Below, one piece after another: positions 1-12,130 of a DNA stretch of 64,000 bases; positions within the stretch are counted from its first letter, which is position 1; every line of letters begins with the position of its first letter. The translations under genes were made by a program, and so were the position numbers. This DNA is from Octopus sinensis (lineage: Eukaryota). The DNA lies in the NCBI RefSeq assembly GCF_006345805.1, contig NC_042997.1:55614001-55678000 (forward strand), in the 5' to 3' direction. Under the pieces are notes generated by a model, which saw only the letters and a program-made list of their open reading frames with translations, ran no database searches and was not told the DNA's origin.

Positions 1-81
1 TTTCAGCTATTGAGCTGTGGCCATGCTGAGGCACCATGTATGTATATATATGTATATTCATATATATATATATGTATATAT

Positions 82-138
<57 letters not shown>

Positions 139-224
139 AGTCTTAAGATTATTAACAATTTCCCATTCATTCCATTTGGTATTTGATTAAGGAAAATCGT
201 CAACGAAGTCACATAATTGTGTGA

Positions 225-261
<37 letters not shown>

Positions 262-434
262 GTATAGATACAAGTATATGTGTGTGTGTGCATTGACGTG
301 TATAAGTCTATATTTACATATATAGATATTATATATATATATATATATATATATAGATAGATATATATATATGTGTGTGTGTATGTATGTATGTATGTAA
401 TGTATGTATGTATGTATATAGTGTCCCAATCGCT

Positions 435-560
435 ATATATGGTCCCAGGTTTAGTGCCACTGCGTCGCACCTTGAACAAGAATCTTCGACTATAGCCTCG
501 GGCCGACCAAGACTTTGTGAGTCGATTTGGTAAACGGAAACTGATAGAAGCTCGTCGTAT
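435..560 (+). mobile_element. tRNA-derived SINE family A, 5'-truncated and diverged copy
   Basis: Aligns by eye to the 6812/7042/42384 copies (gcaccttg..tcttc.actatagcctcgggccgaccaa..ttgtgagt.gatttggta.acggaaactga). Confidence 0.8.
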
Positions 561-640
561 CTATCTTTCTATCTCTCTCTCCCCTTTCTCTGTATGTTTA
601 TATATATATATAATGTTCGCGTGTGCGTGTGTGTCTGTAA

Positions 641-968
641 TGTGGCATTCTGTCGGTTACTCATGAAATTAATGTGCACGTGGCTGAGCACTCCCGAGAT
701 ACGTGAAGCCTTAACGTATTTCTCGGAGAGATTCAGCGTGACTCAGAGTGTGACAAGGCTGGACCTTTGAAATACAGGTACAACATAAACAGGAAGAAAG
801 AGTGGGAGAAAGTTGTGGTGAAAGAGGACAGCAAGGTTCACCCCCACCTCCCCTGCCTCGTGGAGTGTTAGGTGTATTAGCTCAATAAAAACTCACAACG
901 CCCGGTCTGGGAATCGAAACCGCGATCCAACGACCGCGATTCCGCTGCCCTAACCACTGGGCCATTGC
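641..968 (-). mobile_element. tRNA-derived SINE family C, partly deleted copy
   Basis: Minus-strand head gcaatggcccagtggttagggcagcgg..ggtttcgattcccagaccggg carries A- and B-box-like motifs; body matches the copy at 48252-48624. Confidence 0.85.
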
Positions 969-1048
969 ACTGCCACATATATATGTGTGTGTGCGCGTGT
1001 GTGTGTGTATTATATATATATATATGTGTGTGTGTATATATATATATT

Positions 1049-1560
1049 AAAATTAATCAAAGGATATACTAAGTATCTCTACCTGCTGGAAATAACAGTC
1101 AAAACTCATTTAAATCGTCAAAATACACTGATTATAACTATAGATATCAACCATCCAATGACAAACGGGCTAAGACAATTTGGACACACGTGGACCGGTT
1201 TCTGTACTAGCAAACAGCCTCAGCTTCCTCAGCACGTGTTACCATGATAGAGACCCCGGACCCATCGTGTTGAGGTCTGCATTGCAACTGATTCGACTTG
1301 CACCGAACGAAGCAAAACGAATCAGTTGCAGAACAGACTTCAACTTGTCTGGCTGGTGGGATCTCTATCGTGGTAACATCTGCTGAGGAACCTGAAGTTA
1401 TTGTCAGTGCAGAAACTGGTTCACGTGAGTTCAAATACTTGAATGTATGTTGGGAGATTGTCTTAGTCCGTTTGTCTTCGGATGGTTGATTTCTGTAATA
1501 AGAATTTTGACCGCTATTTCCAGCAAGTAAACATACTTAGTATGTCCTTTGATTTATTTT
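1049..1560. mobile_element. ~510-bp fold-back element (inverted pseudo-LTR pair, Penelope-type) with an HHR-derived motif in each arm
   Basis: 1049-1108 pairs with 1502-1560, 1141-1179 with 1457-1494, and 1178-1301 with 1312-1436; arms roughly 75-80% identical by eye. Confidence 0.75.
1186..1239 (-). ncRNA. Type I hammerhead-derived motif with irregular stem II
   Basis: Minus strand: acacgtg-CUGAGGA-(23 nt)-GAAAC-CG-GUC-cacgugu. 7-bp stem I, palindromic stem III ACCGGU, GUC triplet; stem II does not close with G10.1-C11.1. A more decayed copy is on + at 1376-1427. Confidence 0.6.
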
Positions 1561-1695
1561 TGGCGGGGGGGGGGCTGCAATCGCCTATATTATTGATTCT
1601 GTTATCATTTTTAAATCATTACACTAGATAATAACAGAGTCAATGGTAACTTCGCAAATTATTTGCTTCGTATTTTATATATATATATATATTAT

Positions 1696-3175
1696 ATTAA
1701 ATTAGAGACAAAACCACTATTATGCAAATCAAACAAAGAAAGACTTAAGCTAATACATAAAACAATTTATATAAATTAAATTTAATTAAAATAACCACTA
1801 CGATCGTTTCGTGTTAGCACTTCTACGAGACATTCTTCAGGTGGTTTCAAAACCTAAAATATAATCAATATTTTTAAGATATAAATAATCAATATAATCT
1901 AAATAAAAATTTACTTATAATAAACTCTATTATTAAATATGATTATATCGCAATCGACTATAATGTTAAATATTAACTTTAATTTATAAGGTAGAAAATC
2001 CATTTTAGTCTATATCTACTTATATAGATATTTGAAATGACTAATATATATAAATTATCAATGAAAATATATATAAATATTATAATCAAGATCTAAAATA
2101 AACTCTATAAACGATTGTATATAATGAAAACCTAATATATTTAATTTCTCATATTTAAAGATAAAATAGCTAATTTCAAAAAACAAAAAGTAATATATAC
2201 ACACATGCTCATGCACATATATACATGTATGTATATAAACATATCTAAATACGTACACAAACTCACACACACATATATATATCTATACATACACATAAAC
2301 ATATAGACACAGATATATTTATAATGCAGCCCTATACTTCTACACATTACTTATTCATACTCCCACACACACACATACAATCAGTCATTCATAAACATAT
2401 ACTCTCAGCATGACACTAACACAGAGGAGAAATAACATCCAGTAGCCGCAGATACTCAACCACATACTTATAGAAATATTTCATTCTTAGTAAAATAGTA
2501 TTAAATACTATATACTATATATATGTAATAAACATATATAAATACGTAAACAAACACACACACATATATATATCTATACTTACACAAATTTAGTACAATA
2601 GTATTAAATACTATATACTATATGTATGTAATAAACATATATAAATACGTAAACAAACACACACACACATATATATCTATACATACGCAAATACATATAG
2701 ACACGGATATGTTTTAAATGCAGCCCAATATTCCTACACATTAATTATTCAAACTCGCACACACACATATATTCACTCATACATAAACGTATGCACACTG
2801 CAATACACTAACACAGACAATAGACACAGATACTCAGCCACATACTTATAGGAATAACCTTACTTAGTAATATAGTATTAAAAAATACTATAAGTACTAT
2901 AAACAAATTTATGAATGGGAATATTATCTAATATAAATTATGCTGAAGAATGTCTCATAGAAGTGCTGACACGAAACGATCGTAGTGGTTATTTTAATTA
3001 AATTTAATTTATATAAAATATTTCATGTATTGGCTTAAGTCTTTCTTTGTTTGATTTGCATAATAGTGGTTTTGTCTCTAATTTAATATAATATAATATT
3101 TTACCATAAAATTTGATTCAATCCTAAATCTGTTTTTTCCCTGTAAGTTTGGATTTATTCCCTAATATTTATTAT
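1696..3175. mobile_element. Non-autonomous Penelope-like element: ~145-bp inverted pseudo-LTRs, remnant 3' end of the ORF and internal tandem repeats
   Basis: 1696-1840 is the reverse complement of 2943-3087. Minus-strand FEISYFIFKYEKLN near 2140-2180 resembles the C-terminus of PLE endonuclease ORFs. Imperfect ~300-bp tandem units at 2236-2890. Same ends as 22376-22625. Confidence 0.7.
1793..1846 (-). ncRNA. Minimal type I hammerhead ribozyme
   Basis: aaccac-CUGAAGA-augu..acac-GAAAC-GAUC-GUA-gugguu. 6-bp stem I, palindromic stem III ACGAUCGU, GUA triplet; stem II opens with an A.C mismatch. The + strand copy at 2943-2990 lacks the 5' strand of stem I. Confidence 0.7.
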
Positions 3176-3213
<38 letters not shown>

Positions 3214-3680
3214 GTGTGTATGTATGCATGCATGTGTGTATGTATAATTTAGAACAAATAGCAAGTTGTCATTATAGTGCTCCGAGTTTCGAATGTCGAA
3301 GCGAAGAGCTACGATGCATTCTCGTTGGCTATTAATGACAATAGACGCTAAGAAAAACCGTTGTATAAAATGGAAATTACTCTAATAGGTAGAAAAAAAG
3401 AAAGATAATAAAATACACGCAACAATATTCTCACAATACATAGACATAAAACCTCCTGCGTTCATAACGTCTGCGTACGTACACACTCACACAAACGTGT
3501 ATATGTACATGCGCATACACACACAAACATATATGTGCATGTACGTACTCATATATATACAGATAACCACATAGGTGTCATATGCACATAAGTGTCTGCA
3601 TACATATATATTTAGACATTCATACATATAAATATACGTATATATATATAGGTATGCATTCATATTCATGCATAAACGTA

Positions 3681-3744
<64 letters not shown>

Positions 3745-3892
3745 TATATACATCCTCCTTTCACACACCTATGCCCGCATATATACAAACATATGCATAT
3801 CGGTATAAATGAAGGGGGTGTGTGCATGGAAGTCGCACTTATGCACCGGACACAGTCTTATACTCATATACATACATATACGCATACATATC

Positions 3893-3926
<34 letters not shown>

Positions 3927-3934
3927 TATAAACT

Positions 3935-4655
3935 ATAGACATATACTCACAAACGTACACATTCATACAATTAAAATGGAAAATAATAAAAATATATATA
4001 GAAAATAAAAAATGTTAAGGCATGGAAAGCTTGCACAAGAACATAGTAAAAATACAGATTTTATCCGTGATCTTGGGGACCCAAAGCCGTAACAGGTATT
4101 TTGTTACGTATGGACATGATACCAAAAAGTTCAGTTCTTGAATTTAGACATGTAGCGGTGTCCAAGGAAATTTTCCAGATGAGCCATCTTTCCATATCAC
4201 AAAGACCACACTTGCTACTACTGTTGGTATGAGATTTACTCTTGGCCTAGATCCTCCAGTAAATCCTATAGCTGACACCTTGTTCTTTCAAGAACCATAT
4301 ATAACTGGATGATTTGGTAGTTTTTCGTTTATTCCAATGTATGAAACTTAAGGTGTGATTGCTGAACCTTGCTTTAAAATTTCCCTCCTTGAGACACATA
4401 TATCTCTTTGATGAAACTGTGTCATTAGCGTCCGTAGAATTTACGGTGGCTTCATAAATAATGGCCTCAGTCATACAGGCTCCATTTAGCGGGCACAAGT
4501 CTTTATCCCTGCAGGAACAGCCGGCTTCGTGTTGTTGTTTTGCATTGTGTGAAAATATGTTTTTATCCCTATGTCTTAACATTTTTTATAGTCTCTATAT
4601 ATTTTTTCTTTTTTTTCTTTTTGATTGTGTGAATATGTACGTGTATGAGTATATG
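3935..4655 (-). mobile_element. 5'-truncated Penelope-like retroelement (GIY-YIG endonuclease region, Neptune-like) with inverted terminal pieces
   Basis: ORF 4247-4582 reads CSCRDKDLCPLNGACMTEAIIYEATV..KRYMCLKEGNFKARFSNH..TTKSSSYIWFLKEQGVSYRIYWRI, continuing KCGLCDMER..LNSRTELF past the stop, typical of PLE GIY-YIG C-termini. YIG has decayed to YMC. 3940-4030 is an imperfect inverted copy of 4565-4650. Confidence 0.85.
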
Positions 4656-4659
4656 TGAG

Positions 4660-4905
4660 TGAATTTTGTTGACGGAAACTGAAAAAGGCCCATATATGTA
4701 TATATATATGCGTGTGTGTGTGTGTGTGTGTGTGTGTTTGTGTGTCTGTGTTTGTCCCCGTAACTTAGCGGTTCGGCAAAAGAGACCGATACAATAAGTA
4801 CTATGCTTAGAAAGAATAAGTCCCGGGTCGATTTGCTCGACTAAAGGCGGTGCCTCAGCATGGCCGCAATCAAATGACTGAAACAAGTAAAAGAGTAAAA
4901 GAGTA
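4660..4905 (+). mobile_element. SINE family A, 3' half, followed by a (TAC)n tail at 4909-4975
   Basis: gacggaaactgaaa..(GT)n..gtccccgtaacttagcggttcggcaaaagagaccgat..gcatggccgca.tcaaatgactgaaacaagtaaaagagta; same tail as 7300-7373. Confidence 0.85.
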
Positions 4906-4907
4906 CA

Positions 4908-4951
<44 letters not shown>

Positions 4952-5648
4952 TACTACTACTACTACTACTACTACTAAACTATAAGTAGTATCAGCATTA
5001 TTCTTACAAGATTAAGTGCTTAGATGATTCTAGATGGCTTGAGCATAGAAAATAGATAGACGAATACAGTATTGAAACAAAATATTGAAAGGTATTTATT
5101 TTTCCCGCTGATTTACTGTTTCTGAAAAATTTTCGCCATTTTATTGTTGTAAGCAATAAAAAAAAACTAATAAATAAGGTAAATATCGATTTCTTACGTA
5201 GGCATAAATTCTCAGTTTTATACAGTAGGGAAAATAATGCAACCCACCCTACCTTTCCCTCAAACGTCAGGGATTGAAATGAAGTGAATGGCTGAGATTG
5301 TGGGGTTGTTGAACCCACGTAGCTTGCTCAGCTCTCCGGGAGATTGCGGGAAGAGGCGGGAGTTGATCGGTTGTCTATTTATCTTTTATTTTATTCTATG
5401 TTTTACTCTGTATCGGAAAACTAAAAGGAAGCAAGAAGGGAAACACAAATAATGAATAAATAAAATGACAGAATTCGATGAACGAAAGAGTTATATATAA
5501 AAGATAAGTAAAGAAGGAATGAGCGAATGAACCATTGAAATAGCTGATCAATAGAAAAGATCGAATATGAAAGAAAGAATGAATAGGAAGTAAATCAAAA
5601 ATTGTTAAAAATAAGTAAGTTAACAAAAGTCATGAAGGAAAATTCATA

Positions 5649-5650
<2 letters not shown>

Positions 5651-5741
<91 letters not shown>

Positions 5742-5772
5742 GAGTAAGAGAGAGAGAGAAGGGGAGAGAGTA

Positions 5773-5803
<31 letters not shown>

Positions 5804-5805
5804 GC
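5651..5805. repeat. Compound (AT)n(AG)n microsatellite
   Basis: Directly visible. Confidence 0.95.
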
Positions 5806-6347
5806 AAGCAAACATGAGTGAGAAGGAGCGAATGATGAAAAAAATGCATTTTTCTATTTCGTCATGTTTGTCACGTGGTGTGTCTTGGGATCTGAAATTA
5901 CTTGAAATATAAACCCCTGCAGGGAAATTTAGGCCTTATTTGCAATTCAAATCGCCCTAAACAATGCAACTCATATTTCTTTATGTATTTCTATATAGTT
6001 GCTGTTTTGTTTTACTTATTTATTTAATATTATTATTATTCTTATTACTGTTCTTGTTGTTAGTTTGGTGATGTCGATGTTGTTCCTATTGCTATCCTCA
6101 TTATTGTTAGTGCTGTAAATTTTATAATTGTTATCATCATTATTAGTAGTAGTGTTATATTATTTATATTATATTATCGCTTGTTTTTTAGGGTTAGTTT
6201 TTGTTTGGTTCTTCCAATTTTTTTTCATTTACTCTTTCTCTGCTTTAGTTTGTTTTTCACTGCTTACAAAATGTAAAATTGAATAAACTCTTTCAAAATG
6301 TCTTCCTGCTTGTGTATATGAATATGTGTCTAGTATGTATTTGTGTG

Positions 6348-6349
<2 letters not shown>

Positions 6350-6379
<30 letters not shown>

Positions 6380-6535
6380 TGTATGTATGTATGTATGTAT
6401 GTATGTATGTATGTATTTATGTATGTATGTATGTATGTATGATGTATGTATGTATGTTGTATGTATGTATGTATGTATTTATGTATGTATGTATGTATGT
6501 ATGCATGTATATATGTATGTATGTATGTATGTATA
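6350..6535. repeat. (ATGT)n microsatellite
   Basis: Directly visible. Confidence 0.95.
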
Positions 6536-6811
6536 TAGTTAGACAGACAGACAGATACATGATTTGTAATATTGCTTTGAAAATTTATATATGAAACTAA
6601 GTCATAAATAAACTAGTAATATCGGTCCATGCTGATGTATGTTGCAAAGCCAGTGAGCTATGTATGTATATGACTGACTCTGTTCTTCATTATTAACGAG
6701 CTATTTGAAGTAGTGTCTTGTGCGTTTGGGTTAATCTCTGTGTTGATGCATGCATGTATGTATATAACTATGTATGTATGTATGTATATATGTATGTATG
6801 TATGTATGTTA

Positions 6812-7373
6812 TAGGCGCAGGAGTGGTTGTGTGGTAAGTAGCTTGCTTACCAACCACATGGTTCCGGCTTCAGTCCCACATTGTGGCATCTTGGGCAAAT
6901 ATCTTCTGCTATAGCCCCAGGCCGACCAATGCCTTGTGAGTGGATTTGGTAGACGGAAACTGAAAGAAGCCTGTCGTATGTATGTATGTATGTATGTATG
7001 TATGTATGTATGTATGTATGTATGTATGTATGTATGTATGTATAGGCGCAGGAGTGACTGTGTGGTAAGTAGCTTGCTTACCAACCACATGGTTCCGGGT
7101 TCAGTCCCACAGCATGGCATCTTGGGCAAGTATCTTCTGCTATAGCCCCGGGCCGACCAATGCCTTGTGAGTGGATTTGGTAGACGGAAACTGAAAGAAG
7201 CCCGTCGTATATATGTATATATATATGTGTGTGTATGTGTGTGTGTTTGTGTGTCTGTGTTTGTCCCCCTAGCATTGCTTGACAACCGATGCTGGTGTGT
7301 TTACGTCCCCGTCACTTAGCGGTTCGGCCGCAGTCAAATGACTGAAACAAGTAAAAGAGTAAGAATAAAAGAG
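6812..7373 (+). mobile_element. Two head-to-tail SINE family A copies (6812-6978 and 7042-7373) joined by (ATGT)n
   Basis: Near-identical tRNA-like heads ggcgcaggagtg..tgtggtaagtagcttgcttaccaaccacatggttccgg.ttcagtcccac. Confidence 0.9.
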
Positions 7374-7466
7374 TATGTATGTATGTATGTATGTATGTAT
7401 GTATGTGCATGTATGTATGTATTTATGTATGCATGTATTTATGTATGTATGTATGTATGTATATAT

Positions 7467-7528
<62 letters not shown>

Positions 7529-7837
7529 ATATTTATGTATGTATGTGTGTATAGGAGAAAAAGTGCGAGAGGGAGAGAGATGGAGAGATGAAAAGAGTAA
7601 AAAGAAAAGGATAAAGAGAACGGTGTATTTGTGTGAGTAAATAAGAGTGTGTAAGCTAAATATTTTCTCTTTTCCTACATATGTGTTCGTGCGGTGGTAT
7701 CCAGTGTATTTATGTGTCATGACCACGTCACTTCTTAACACTTATATTTCTATAGATTTTTTTTCAGCTGTGTACAAACAAGGGATGTCTCAAGAGGCTG
7801 CAATAGACCTGTTATTTATTTATTTACTTATTTATTT

Positions 7838-7890
<53 letters not shown>

Positions 7891-7898
7891 TATTATTA

Positions 7899-7958
<60 letters not shown>

Positions 7959-7967
7959 TATTATTAC

Positions 7968-8022
<55 letters not shown>
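7838..8022. repeat. (ATC)n(ATT)n microsatellite
   Basis: Directly visible. Confidence 0.95.
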
Positions 8023-8439
8023 GTTATTTATCATTTCTATTTTGTTTTACTTGTATGTATTTATTTATTTATTCTTTTAAGTTGATCATCTCTTGTTTAA
8101 CTCAACCTCTCACCCATTATGTTAATTCTACTCTGCTTCACCAGTAGCCGATCGAAAGATTTTTTTCTCCTTATTTTCTTACTGCAGTGCTAAATAATTC
8201 TATCATAAGCCTGCATGATCAAAGTTAATGCCAACATTTGGAGGTGTGAAACACGGGACTTAAATGGTGTGTCCTAGACTGTAGCACTGTGTACAGTGTG
8301 TGACTTTCATTTTTCACGTTCAGCTAAAAGCCACCAACCTTTGATTACAGCCAAGAAACAACAGCAAAATGAACCAAAACGAAGGAAAAATAATATTCAA
8401 AAATAACAAAAGCCAAACGGCTACAAATCTCGGTGGTTG

Positions 8440-9960
8440 AATGTGTGCAAGCCTTTCACTTTTCTTGACAGCATTTACTTTCCTGAAGTCAGATATTTTC
8501 ACACGAGCAGTCGTTTGATTCATAAGGTATCAACAGAGATAAGATATGCCTTCCAGCAACGAATGGTGGAAAATGTTATAGAAATGGTAATTACTTCATT
8601 ACAAGTAAGCAACACTCGGTGATATCTAAGGCTCTGGTGGCTTCAGCTTGAAGTGTAGAAATTCTCAGGTAGGATTGTAATTTCTTAAATGCAAGAAAAG
8701 ATTCTTGTGAGATGTGTTGAGCGCAGCTGAACTTTGATTTGTCCTATACTATATCTCGTATTTCTCTGTACATTGGATGATTATCTCAATTTCCAAGGTG
8801 TCTGTCACCACAGTGTCGTTGTCTACCTATGCGGACACGATCTCCTAGCATCCCAGTTCAAGCGTGATCTCCTTGAATACGTTTAGATTTTGCAGCAGAA
8901 GCTCATTACCCAAAATTTAATAGAGCACTGAGTGGGCTCGCCTTTAAACCGGGCATCTGATAGTGACTGTAATGATAGGTGGTCTTTTTGACTGACCACA
9001 AGCAGAATCCGCTGAACATAGATATGATAAAAAACTTATAAAAACCAGGTTCAAATTGATAATAATCCCAACAGTTCAGGCTTGATATCTACATTCTATC
9101 TAGTCAAAGATACATCTACTCGAAATCGTTCAGATTGGTGAGCTCCTGACAACACTACTTATTTCAGCAACCAGCAATTTCGTGAGCACCGTGACCTAAA
9201 TCGTAAATCCTACAGTTAGCATTGTTGTTAACCTGAAATTGCCCCTATTTAATGTCTCCTTTCAGTAGTTTCACTACTTTCCGCTCTGCACAACTGGCGA
9301 TGCTCCCAGTTCGCTACCAAGTGCGATACACGTTTGCTGAGACAGTAGAAAATATCTCTAGCATGTATGCAAAAGTTCTTAGGACAGATCATCCAAACAT
9401 GGTGTTTTCCTCTTCCACAAGCACTTCTGTACCTCAACTGCTGTTATTTAATTTCCGCAGCACAACATTTTTCGTAGTGAAAATCACGTCAGGCCGTTCA
9501 CGTAAGCACTAGAATGCATTATCTCCGGTTCTCTGTTTTCTGTAAATTGTCCGGAAAAGTACCGGTTAAAAACACACACACACTCCTTGATGGGATTGAA
9601 TAGCAGGTATCTATTGTGGGCTCATCGGAAACCAGATTATCTCTATTTTACAGCTCTGTCATTTGACTCCGATGAACAGTTTCCCTTTCTTCGTGACTAA
9701 GAACGTTCATAAGCTCAAACAATGTACTTTTTGTTTGTAGGGCTTCACATTGGCTCATGAGTTCCTAACGCAAGCTTTCCATTTCTTTTGCTATACTTTC
9801 TTGCTAAATTTTGTCCATTCTGGTCTATTATCTGTCTTTAGAGTAACCCACATATAGCTGTTGATGATCTAATCAACTCATGCTTACCTAACCCTAACTG
9901 GGTAGATTTAATCCTTTGCTGCCGGACAGGCCACTAAGCTTGTCTGTGTGTGCGAGCTAG
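8440..9960 (-). mobile_element. Decayed L1/Tx1-clade LINE ORF2 (reverse transcriptase) fragment
   Basis: Frameshifted minus-strand translation EITAVEVQKCL..KTPCLDDL..VVKLLKG..NFRLTTML.., RCPV..SVLY.ILGNELLLQNL.., VSA*VDNDTVV resembles the Tx1 RT motifs KSPGLDGL, NFRPITLLN, QGCPLSPLLY and SAYADD; many stops. Confidence 0.7.
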
Positions 9961-10439
9961 TGTGTATGAATTTAAACCGGCTCGACCAAATGACGTGTCT
10001 CCTGACTACGATGACAACAGTTGCGCAAAAATATGTGCATATAAAGTAGCTAAGTTGTAAGTCGTTGACTCATCTACAAGTTATCAAATTATTTGCAGCT
10101 AGGGAGAAAATGTGTTCCCTTTTATCTGTTGAAGAGAGAAAAGTTGTCGCTTCAGACTTCAATGAGCATAGATATAGAGTTTTTTCATCTCTTTAAAGAG
10201 GCAATGTGCTTAACAAGGTGCTTAGTGTATTTGTAAGTATTTTTACTTACACAATCTTGCTCTATGGTAATCGTAATAATAACAAAGAATTGCTAGTTTG
10301 AATTTCTTTGAAGGAGCAATTGCTCGCTGTGGAAACTCCTAAATAACAGGCTACTCGACCGGCCGAGATTACTTTTCCGGATCATCGCTTTTGAAAGACT
10401 ACTCAGGTACGTGGGCATGCACACACATGCACACACAGG

Positions 10440-10487
<48 letters not shown>

Positions 10488-10497
10488 CACCACACAC

Positions 10498-10533
<36 letters not shown>

Positions 10534-10559
10534 ATGTATATATATATATATAAATGGGG

Positions 10560-10770
10560 AGAATTCACACAAAAAAACAAAAGACGAAGACAAGTGGAGT
10601 AGACAACAAACAGTGGTATTAGTTTAACGCTCGGGAAGGGAAAAAGTCTTTAACGTTTCGAGCCTACGCTCTTCCACAGGAAGGAACACACAAAGAAACA
10701 AAGAGAGAAAATAAAGAATGTGTAGTGGCTCGACAATAGGAAAAAGCAGAAAGTACAAAAAAGTTAAGAA
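10560..10770 (-). mobile_element. Small PLE-LTR-like repeat with an HHR-like motif; same family as 49235-49470
   Basis: Reverse complement aligns with 49235-49470; motif ttc-CTGTGGAA-GAGC-GTAG-GCTC-GAAACGTT-aaagac at 10645-10684. Confidence 0.55.
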
Positions 10771-10802
10771 AAGTTCAAAAGGTTCATAGGCGTGTGAGTG
10801 TG

Positions 10803-10890
<88 letters not shown>

Positions 10891-11523
10891 ATGTATGTAT
10901 GTATGTATGTATGTATGTATGTATGTATGTGTTCTATTGTACTGTTCCGTGGTGGTAAGATTGACAAAGAAGTACGCCATCTGGTGATAGAAATATAATT
11001 TAATAAACACAATATATGTGTCAGAAGATTGTGCTGAGACACCAGATGTGTTAACAATACTGTCTGGCATGTGTTCATCACATAAAACCAATAGTTGCAC
11101 ATAAATGCGTATATTGTGTTTATCAAATATATTTATAAGAAAAGAGATGTCAAAGGAATAAGCGACTATCATATGAACTTCCATCAGCTTACAGTTGTTT
11201 CCGCCATGAGGTGTGGCCGACTCATAGTTGAACGCTTCTCCTTTAATCTTATTCTAATTGTGGGTGGAGCCCTTTGGATTCCGTCTTCCACATGTATGGT
11301 TTCCCACTGGCAATGCTTTTCTGTATCTTCTATATATGCTTACATGTATTTGTTTTTACCAAATAAATCGCACTTCAGTTTGAAGCTCTGATGAAAGTAA
11401 GGGTTACTTAGAAACTCAACTATGTGTCCACCACATCTTATAGTGGAAGCAGTTGTAATTTAATGAACTTCGCAAGATAATCGTTTATTTCTTTGTCGTT
11501 TCATTTCATATTACCGCTTTGTA

Positions 11524-11625
11524 GAAGAGGAAGAAGAAGAAGAAGAAGAAGAAGAAGAAGAAGAAGAAGAAGAAGAAGAAGAAGAAGAAGAAGAAGAAGA
11601 AGAAGAAGAAGAAGAAGAAGAAGAA
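11524..11625. repeat. (GAA)n microsatellite
   Basis: Directly visible. Confidence 0.95.
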
Positions 11626-11859
11626 GGTGGATAAGGATGAGGAGGAAATTTTGGGCACAATTGTGACAGTTGAAATAGAAATCATATCGCATTCCTCATT
11701 TGCTACTGAGCCATGTCTCAACTTTACAGTCTGAATCTTTTCACACTGTAAAGGGTTAGTGGTAGGCAGGCGCAACGATATTCTCAACGAGTTCAACTGA
11801 GCAGTGACTTGTATATTTATGTCAAATATATGTTGCTGTTCGTAGGACGGTTCCGAACA

Positions 11860-12130
11860 GCAGCCATATGCATTGTCATTGTGGTCTATCACTTTTCTTT
11901 GTGCAGGAAATATACGCAGTCTTCATTTGTTCGATGGCGAAAGAAGTCGTGCGATATGCAAAACTGAAAGAGGTACTGTCCACTTTGATTAAGCCCATAT
12001 CATCTTCTAAATTATTATTTGGTGAGAAGAGAGCAAATAGAAAGGTTGATTTTACCATGCAGCAAATGTTGAAAGGTTGGCGAGAGTTGACCTTATCGAA
12101 AGCTTTAGACTGAAGTAGTTTGATCAAAGG
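11860..12130 (+). mobile_element. Possible highly decayed RTE-type RT fragment
   Basis: FGEKRANRKVDFTMQQMLKGWRELTLSKALD loosely resembles GFRxxRSTxDMIFTxRQLQEKCRE..DLTKAFD. Confidence 0.35.

Noticed and set aside
900-968. tRNA-like sequences here and at 6812, 7042, 42384, 48550-48624 and 54192
   Set aside because: They are SINE heads continuous with SINE bodies, not stand-alone tRNA genes.
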